Part shown: positions 58,645-64,000 of the stretch, piece by piece
Position numbering within the stretch: the first letter of the stretch is position 1
Layout of the letters: each line of letters begins with the position of its first letter
Source of the DNA: a virus
Lineage: Duplodnaviria > Caudoviricetes
Length of the DNA stretch: 64,000 nt
IMG/VR virus record: IMGVR_UViG_3300014204_000112
Location: 96,001-160,000 of that record
Direction: 5' to 3' (one strand)
Position numbers and translations under genes: made by a program
The notes under the pieces: generated by a model
What the model saw: only the letters and a program-made list of their open reading frames with translations
Database searches by the model: none
Told to the model about the DNA's origin: nothing

Positions 58645-59079
58645 TTATAAATCTTTGGCTGTTACGAATTCCTGTGAACTGATTCGGTTAGGACCTCCAT
58701 CGACGAAGTACGTAAGATTATTTCCAGTTCGTATTGCCCATAGTATCAACCAATTAAGAACAGCTGAATCCATTTTAGAAACTGCTTCTATAGCTTGATA
58801 ATGTTCAATCTTGCCAGTTTTCTTCGTCACTAGAACGTTGGACAAGCTCGGTTTCATCCACATTGGAAAGTCATCATTCGTTAACCATTCGCACTTGTAA
58901 GTTATGCAAGGATCGATCGGTCTATTCTCGTAAATCGTGCAACCTTTTCCGATTTCTACAAAGTGACAAGGTTTTCCTCGATAGAATCTTTCTCCATGAG
59001 CTACTCCGTGTAACCAACCTTCACAACATTTCGTGCAATCTCCACAAGTTCTTTTTGGAACATTAACAGTTTTTTCCAT
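58645..59079 (-). CDS. Cys-cluster protein (YkgJ-like)
   Basis: RTCGDCTKCC, GCTIYENRP..C..YKCEWL; likely start MEKTV. Confidence 0.7.
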   Translation of the reverse strand: MEKTVNVPKRTCGDCTKCCEGWLHGVAHGERFYRGKPCHFVEIGKGCTIYENRPIDPCITYKCEWLTNDDFPMWMKPSLSNVLVTKKTGKIEHYQAIEAVSKMDSAVLNWLILWAIRTGNNLTYFVDGGPNRISSQEFVTAKDL

Positions 59080-59126
59080 TCTAGTAGTTTTACTTATTAT
59101 ACAGAAGGACCGTAACAAGTTTTATT

Positions 59127-59202
59127 TGGCACCCGCGGAAGGACTTGAACCCTCAACCCTCGGTTTTGGAGACCGGTACTCTACCAATTGAGCTACACGG
59201 AT
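59127..59202 (-). tRNA. tRNA-Trp(CCA)
   Basis: CCGGT-CTCCAAA-ACCGA; CCA end encoded. Confidence 0.85.
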
Positions 59203-59207
59203 AAGTT

Positions 59208-59316
59208 TGATTTGAGAATGGTAAAAAGAGTTTTTTACTAAGCAAGGTTTGGTGCTTGGTGTTGGATTCGAACCAACGATAACCATCGATGTATCTCTTT
59301 TTTTTGCTACAAATCA
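59208..59316 (-). ncRNA. Y-RNA-like #6: helix plus T arm and loop-closed acceptor only
   Basis: UAGCAA..AGAGAUACAUCG / ACUCUUUUUACCAUUCUC; GUUGG-UUCGAAU-CCAAC. Confidence 0.65.
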
Positions 59317-59317
59317 G

Positions 59318-59394
59318 CGGGCCCAAACGGATTCGAACCGTCCTGAATCTTCTGAGTGACAGTCAGACAGCCACACCTAGCAGCCCCTGAGCCC
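59318..59394 (-). tRNA. tRNA-Asp(GUC)
   Basis: TCTGA-CTGTCAC-TCAGA. Confidence 0.85.
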
Positions 59395-59922
59395 ATGTTC
59401 TTTTTCTTCAATATTCTGTAGTTTCCAAACTTCAAACTGAATATTTTGTTCAGATAATGCTTTCCATTTACACTTATCGATTTCAGTTTCAAATCCTTTA
59501 ACTTCAATGTAATAGGTAGATCCATTAATATTGATGACTTTGAAATCCAATAGATAATTATGAACTTCGTTATCTGGACCTATGTATTGTATTCGGTCAT
59601 TTGTGTATTCCCAATCTCTTATTAAGTAGTTGGCCTTCCAATTATCAAGAATTTTACAAACTCGTAATTCAAAGGATCCCTGTACCTTGATTGATTTATA
59701 TTGATACCATTTAGAAGTTCCACCAGCTACATAATTATGACCTAACCTATAAGCTTGTTTATGAACTTCTGACCAATTTACTTTATTATGGTTTGACCAA
59801 CTTCCTCGTAATTTACTAGAACAGCTAACTGAGCAACATTTTTGATTTCTTTTATTCCAGTGAACTGAGAATTTAGTCAAACAATATTTACAAATTAACT
59901 GCACATCTTCGTGTTTTGTCAT
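59377..59922 (-). CDS. PD-(D/E)xK putative homing endonuclease
   Basis: QGSFEL, DWEYTNDRIQY, YLLDF, YIEVKGF; paralog of 49549. Confidence 0.8.
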   Translation of the reverse strand: MTKHEDVQLICKYCLTKFSVHWNKRNQKCCSVSCSSKLRGSWSNHNKVNWSEVHKQAYRLGHNYVAGGTSKWYQYKSIKVQGSFELRVCKILDNWKANYLIRDWEYTNDRIQYIGPDNEVHNYLLDFKVININGSTYYIEVKGFETEIDKCKWKALSEQNIQFEVWKLQNIEEKEHGLRGC

Positions 59923-59968
59923 GGCACTTTATTTATACGCGCCTCGTCTTTCGCCGTGAAGTTAAATG

Positions 59969-60044
59969 TGGTAGGCTCGAAGGGACTTGAACCCTTGACT
60001 CCCGCCTTAAAAGGGCGGTACTCTACCAACTGAGTTACGAACCC
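59969..60044 (-). tRNA. tRNA-Lys(UUU)
   Basis: CCGCC-CTTTTAA-GGCGG; CCA encoded. Confidence 0.85.
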
Positions 60045-60460
60045 GTAATCGCTTCTCGAATCTTTTGTTTATGTTCATCCGATTTAGCTTTACCCCTATT
60101 TCCTTTACCACCGTTTGACGAACGTTTTCTCAAAAGTTCTTTAGCTTTAACTTTGCCATGTTTATCAATCATTCGTTGATAGATTGATGGCGCTCCATTT
60201 TCGTATTCGTCAATTTTATTATCTGACTTAGTCCCCCAATACATGTGATTAGGATTACTACATTTTGGATTGTTACAGCCGTGGCAAACAACGATGCTAT
60301 TTCCATTGACTGGCATTGTCGTATCGTAGTGGTATGCAACCAGAGCAACTAACTGAGTAGAGTATTTCAATCCACGTTCGTGGCAAGGTTCCTCTAACTT
60401 TAGCATTTGTTTTCTTTGTGCTCTAGTGTTTTCGATTACAAAATTTTCAACTGATTTCAT
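60035..60460 (-). CDS. HNH endonuclease (NUMOD3 tail)
   Basis: VCHGCNNPKCSNPNHMYWGTKSDN. Confidence 0.8.
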   Translation of the reverse strand: MKSVENFVIENTRAQRKQMLKLEEPCHERGLKYSTQLVALVAYHYDTTMPVNGNSIVVCHGCNNPKCSNPNHMYWGTKSDNKIDEYENGAPSIYQRMIDKHGKVKAKELLRKRSSNGGKGNRGKAKSDEHKQKIREAITGS

Positions 60461-60541
60461 GTTTTAGTTTATATATCTAGAGCAATCTCTTAAAAGTACA
60501 GCACTCTAGCGATAATTGGTCTTTGTTCAATAAATAACGGC

Positions 60542-60739
60542 ATGGTTAATGAACGTTATTTTATGTGCTCCAAGTGCGGAACAGTCGTCGACTCGTTCGG
60601 CAAAGCAGTGGATGCAAAGAAACTAGAAATAGACATAAAATCTTTAAGAAGTACCACTTGTAAGATTTGTCTTGACTATCAAATCTGGGAAAACAATACT
60701 TACTTTTCGAGGACTGATCGGGACTCGAACCCGAGATAA
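60542..60739 (+). CDS. small zinc-ribbon protein, antisense to the array
   Basis: CSKC...CKIC; TAAATA upstream on + strand. Confidence 0.45.
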   Translation: MVNERYFMCSKCGTVVDSFGKAVDAKKLEIDIKSLRSTTCKICLDYQIWENNTYFSRTDRDSNPR

Positions 60740-60779
60740 CCAACTGGATGGGGCGCGCACCAACCACCACGTTCAGCCC
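60710..60779 (-). ncRNA. tRNA-like RNA lacking a canonical anticodon arm
   Basis: GGGCTGA/TCAGTCC acceptor; TCGGG-TTCGAGT-CCCGA T arm. Confidence 0.45.
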
Positions 60780-60790
60780 ATAAATACAAA

Positions 60791-60925
60791 CAAGAACACT
60801 GGATAGAGGAATTTGATTGATGTCAATTTTACAGATTGATGACTTAGACCGCTCGTCCAACGACCCGAAAGCCGTACGGGATTCGAACCCGTGATCGAAG
60901 TAACTCTATGACCTTACTATGCTTG
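60791..60925 (-). ncRNA. Y-RNA-like #7: permuted tRNA-Tyr(GUA)-like body opened at the variable arm
   Basis: AGAGUUACUUCG, T arm, acceptor closed by a UUCG-containing loop, D arm, UCAAU-CUGUAAA-AUUGA, then CUCUAUCCAGUGUUCU. Confidence 0.75.
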
Positions 60926-61409
60926 ATTTCTTATTTACAATGTTTTTTGCTCCGAACGTATGTGTTTGTGAATGACAGTTTGGACACAAAATTCTCAGAT
61001 TTTGAAGTCTGTGATTTCGGTTATTTCCGTCAATATGATCGACTTGTAATGATAAAGGTAGACCGTTCCATTCTGCTGGAGTTCCGCATTCTTCACATCG
61101 ATCCTCTTTATAACCTTCCAGTATCAATCGTCTTTTTAATTTCGATGTCGGATATTCTGGGTGTTTTCCTTCAAGAATGTCTAGCAATTTGAATGCTACT
61201 CCTCCGGTTCTTTTCATTTTTCGTAACTTGACTTCAATTTGTATTCCTAACAAATTGCAATATTTGGTTAGGGTTACTCTACTGATTCCAGTTACTTCTG
61301 AAAGTTCCAAAACAGAGCTAACGTTCTTGGCATTTTCATTGATTTTGTCTACGATTTCTTGGTTTAGCCGCATTGCTTTATTTTTATTTATATGCGGTCT
61401 GTTTACCAA
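60906..61409 (-). CDS. HNH homing endonuclease
   Basis: CEECG, LQVDHIDG, NLRILCPNCHSQT. Confidence 0.9.
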   Translation of the reverse strand: MVNRPHINKNKAMRLNQEIVDKINENAKNVSSVLELSEVTGISRVTLTKYCNLLGIQIEVKLRKMKRTGGVAFKLLDILEGKHPEYPTSKLKRRLILEGYKEDRCEECGTPAEWNGLPLSLQVDHIDGNNRNHRLQNLRILCPNCHSQTHTFGAKNIVNKKSSIVRS

Positions 61410-61426
61410 AACCTCTGTAAACTACG

Positions 61427-61508
61427 TGGGATGTGATGGAGTCGAACCACCCGAGCTTTCACAACAGATTTACAGTCTGCCCCGCTACCATCTACGGAAT
61501 AACATCCC
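61427..61508 (-). tRNA. tRNA-Tyr(GUA)
   Basis: GCAGA-CTGTAAA-TCTGT. Confidence 0.85.
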
Positions 61509-61549
61509 ATTGTCCCTCTATTTTTGATTTCCTGGAGGGTGCGGAAGGT

Positions 61550-61670
61550 GCGGGAAGGTGAGATTCGAACTCACGAGATCAAATTGACAGTTTGATTGTT
61601 TCCGATGCAACTCTTATCATTGCTATCCTTTCAGAAGAAATTCGACAGAGCGTTTTGAATTTCTTCCCCG
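61550..61670 (-). ncRNA. Y-RNA-like #8: tRNA(GUC)-like with helix replacing the D arm
   Basis: CUCUGUCGAAUUUCUUC-loop-GAUAGCAAUGAUAAGAGUUGCAUCG; AUCAAA-CUGUCAA-UUUGAU; T arm. Confidence 0.75.
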
Positions 61671-61706
61671 AGTGTACCTGTTTTTACTGTACAGGAGAAC
61701 AGTGTA

Positions 61707-61826
61707 GGAGGGGGAAGTTGGATTTGAACCAACGATCAAATTTTCAAGGTTTGATTGTGCCGATGAAACTCTTATCATTGCTATCATCGCTGAAGAAAGT
61801 CGACAGAGTCGTTTTTACTTTCCCCC
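61707..61826 (-). ncRNA. Y-RNA-like #9: tRNA(UGA)-like with helix replacing the D arm
   Basis: Same architecture as #8; anticodon loop CUUGAAA. Confidence 0.75.
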
Positions 61827-61842
61827 ATGTTTTATTAAGTAT

Positions 61843-61967
61843 TGGCGAGGGAGGCTGGATTTGAACCAACATAATCAAGTTTTCAATTTGACTGTTACCG
61901 ATGCAACTCTATTCATTGCTATCATTGCTGAAGAAAGTCGGATAGAGCATTGTGTATATGCTCCCTC
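61843..61967 (-). ncRNA. Y-RNA-like #10: tRNA(GAA)-like with helix replacing the D arm and CCA end
   Basis: GAGGGAG/CUCCCUC-GCCA acceptor; anticodon loop UUGAAAA. Confidence 0.75.
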
Positions 61968-61975
61968 ATGTATTT

Positions 61976-62764
61976 TTATAGGTTCCAAGATTTTCCTTTG
62001 TACTCCCGATTCACTCTTCGGTATGAAGAGATGATCCCTTGTGAATGAAGATCGTAACCGTTGAGTATTCTTATATTCATTGGAAATTGGTCCCATTTTG
62101 CGAAATCTTTATCTGTAGGATATCCTTTAATTTCGATGTAAACATTATCCTCTAAAAGATAAAAATCTGGCGTGTAATACCTTTTTTTTCCATCAAAGAA
62201 GTATTCGAATTTTTCAGTAGGTCTTCGCCACTTGATCGAATTTGCATCCAACCATTTAGCATATTCAACTTCCCATATTCCTTGAAATTTTTTTCCAGCA
62301 TATTCATGAGTTCTAGACTTAGAAAAGGATAAATGCCAATTATCATTTTTAACGTTTTCTTTTATTGTATTAGCAATAGTATTTCGATGATCTATTGATA
62401 AATGTTTTCCTTTAAAAAAAGGTATGAATGCACCGGATTTAAGGTTAGTATTAAAAGTATCTGACCCTTTTTTAACTCTAGCATCGGTTTCTTTGGTTAA
62501 TCCGTGATTCCATGAAGGTTTACCACCAAGATTATTATTTTTCCAATTAATTCCATCTTCATGATTTCTCCAAATGTGAGAAATGATTCCTAATTTAGAA
62601 TAAACTTTACCACAGTATGGGCATTTATAAGTTCCATCATTTTGTAAATAATTAATGCTCTTTAATCTAATTTTCTTAGTTCCACAAGATTTTTCATGTT
62701 TAGATATATTACTTAAACTTATCTTAATGCCGCATTTTTTACAGTTAGTAGTGTGTCGGTTCAT
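61976..62764 (-). CDS. PD-(D/E)xK putative homing endonuclease with zinc fingers
   Basis: CPYCGK, QGIWEV, YTPDFYL, YIEIKGY. Confidence 0.8.
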   Translation of the reverse strand: MNRHTTNCKKCGIKISLSNISKHEKSCGTKKIRLKSINYLQNDGTYKCPYCGKVYSKLGIISHIWRNHEDGINWKNNNLGGKPSWNHGLTKETDARVKKGSDTFNTNLKSGAFIPFFKGKHLSIDHRNTIANTIKENVKNDNWHLSFSKSRTHEYAGKKFQGIWEVEYAKWLDANSIKWRRPTEKFEYFFDGKKRYYTPDFYLLEDNVYIEIKGYPTDKDFAKWDQFPMNIRILNGYDLHSQGIISSYRRVNREYKGKSWNL

Positions 62765-62815
62765 TGCATTTGACCTTTATTTCTATTTATAATAGTCATA
62801 TGCAATTATTGTTAG

Positions 62816-62886
62816 CGGGTCCTCCTGGGCTCGAACCAGGGATCGAAAATTAACAGTTTCCCGTGATACCTCTTCACCAAAGACCC
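62816..62886 (-). tRNA. tRNA-Asn(GUU)
   Basis: GGAAA-CTGTTAA-TTTTC. Confidence 0.8.
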
Positions 62887-63062
62887 AATGTATTGAACGT
62901 GTCGACCACCCAACAAGGCCGATGTTATGGTGCAATTTGAAGCGCCGCACCTGGATTAGGGATTTCAGAGGTTGTTACTTGTGCTCAGCCTACGGGCCAC
63001 TCACTTTCTTTATGCATGTCTTGCATCGATTTCGCAACTTGAACCATCGTTCAATTTTTTAT

Positions 63063-63138
63063 TGGAGCGAGAGACGGGGATCGAACCCGCTGCATCCAGC
63101 TTGGAAGGCTGGCACTCAACCAAATGAGCTTCTCTCGC
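63063..63138 (-). tRNA. tRNA-Gly(UCC)
   Basis: CCAGC-CTTCCAA-GCTGG; CCA encoded. Confidence 0.85.
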
Positions 63139-63341
63139 AATTATGGTAAGGGGATTCTCACGAAGGCCCTTACCTTGTCCGGAGGATGGTCGCCTCCAGA
63201 CGTTATGCCAATATTTCCCAAGATGTCAAAGAACATCGTAACTGTAGCGATGTCCTGCTACTCTGTTACTGTGTGAATGAAGTTGGACTCGACCAACGTG
63301 TATTCTCTAATTCACTCGTATTTCAAAAGAACTGATGCCGT

Positions 63342-63379
63342 AAAACGAAAAAACCCGGACTTTTTGAAGGTCCGGGTTT
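63342..63379 (-). terminator. attenuator terminator at the head of the tRNA array
   Basis: AAACCCGGAC/GTCCGGGTTT 10-bp stem followed by TTTCGTTTT. Confidence 0.8.
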
Positions 63380-63410
63380 TCCCTAGATTTCGTGATATGT
63401 TATTTCACCT

Positions 63411-63536
63411 TCACTCTAACCTATGTAAACCCAGACCCATTCTTTCGTCGCATGACGGATTCCATGTGCCAATAAATCCCACGAGGGCTATTGGTTGGGA
63501 ACTACGATACGACTTATGTAAGTTCTGGTTTTTCAT
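63411..63536 (-). CDS. 41-aa leader peptide MKNQNLHKSYRSSQPIALVGFIGTWNPSCDERMGLGLHRLE
   Basis: Below the ORF-track cutoff; GATAAATA motif and A-rich spacer upstream; contains antiterminator strand 63427-63438. Confidence 0.75.
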   Translation of the reverse strand: MKNQNLHKSYRSSQPIALVGFIGTWNPSCDERMGLGLHRLE

Positions 63537-63557
63537 TGGTTTTTGTGTTTGTTCAGG

Positions 63558-63568
63558 TTTATTTATCA
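63558..63568 (-). promoter_or_regulatory. TAAATA (T4 late-like) promoter motif, one of more than 20 copies in the window
   Basis: (T/G)ATAAATA typically 10-40 nt upstream of starts, e.g. near 3222, 9893, 16476, 24110, 27587, 47632, 55313. Confidence 0.6.
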
Positions 63569-63722
63569 CGATACTTCAAAAAGTTTTCGCTTTAGTTTTG
63601 ATATTTTACCACTTTTTTTCTGGGTTGGTCGATTTTTTTTCTTGGGCCACCAAATTTATTTAAGTCGTATGGCGGTAAGTAATCGTCTCCCGTTGGAGTG
63701 GATGTTGTGTTGTACTCTTCAT

Positions 63723-63977
63723 TTACTTTTCGGTTTTCACCGGAATTAAACTCTCTTGCAACTTTACCAAATTGGCATAGAACATTGGCCTGTTGAAAAT
63801 AAAAAGAGCCGTTTCGTATGCCGTGTGCATGGCCAGGTAAGCGTAATGAATGATGATCAAAATCAGAGCTACTATTGCTCCTGCGATCTTTGCGGCTCCC
63901 TTGAACTCCTTCATCATATTCTTCATTCTCTTCCAGTGGATGCCTTCTTTCTTGTAAACTACACCTAAGTAAGTCAT
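63723..63977 (-). CDS. hypothetical membrane protein
   Basis: IAGAIVALILIII hydrophobic segment. Confidence 0.55.
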   Translation of the reverse strand: MTYLGVVYKKEGIHWKRMKNMMKEFKGAAKIAGAIVALILIIIHYAYLAMHTAYETALFIFNRPMFYANLVKLQESLIPVKTEK

Positions 63978-64000
63978 GTTATTTTGATTTGATATTGCAA

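Noticed and set aside
61540-61970. CRISPR array
   Set aside because: Repeats are ~120-nt structured tRNA-like units with degenerate motifs, not identical repeats with unique spacers; no cas genes.
47052-62764. Group I introns housing the endonucleases
   Set aside because: Flanking tRNAs are intact and the spacers are too short for an intron core.
63277-63663. 128-aa plus-strand ORF over the attenuator
   Set aside because: No motifs; the minus-strand promoter, leader and terminator explain the region.
1-64000. Genome-wide stop-codon reassignment (code 4 or 15)
   Set aside because: Long genes translate intact in code 11 and end in TAA, TAG and TGA; internal TGA was seen only in the release factor.

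Overview
Fragment of a large T4-like (jumbo) phage genome in the standard genetic code. The host is probably Bacteroidota (inferred from the lack of Shine-Dalgarno motifs and from the attC-like repeats). 1-16.5 kb holds an RNA ligase/kinase/HAD trio, UvsY/UvsW, a split PolB C-terminal subunit, primase, gp4/gp2/portal/gp25/neck-like genes. 16.5-43 kb is a minus-strand accessory region (integron-like cassettes, ClpC-like ATPase, SET, NADAR, DinG helicase, VWA, SLT, glycosyltransferase, an amber suppressor tRNA). 43.4-63.5 kb is a minus-strand translation island: about 38 canonical tRNAs covering all 20 amino acids, about 14 free-standing homing endonucleases, a Ro60/TROVE gene, ten Y-RNA-like RNAs (nine fused to tRNA parts in four topologies), a catalytic-domain-only RNase P RNA, several other structured RNAs, and an RF1-type release factor interrupted by two in-frame UGA codons. 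The island is headed by a 41-codon leader ORF that uses all 20 amino acids and 35 different codons and overlaps an antiterminator/terminator switch. I propose this is a pan-codon attenuator that turns on the phage tRNA set when any host tRNA is depleted. All RNA calls were made by eye and coordinates may be off by a few bases.
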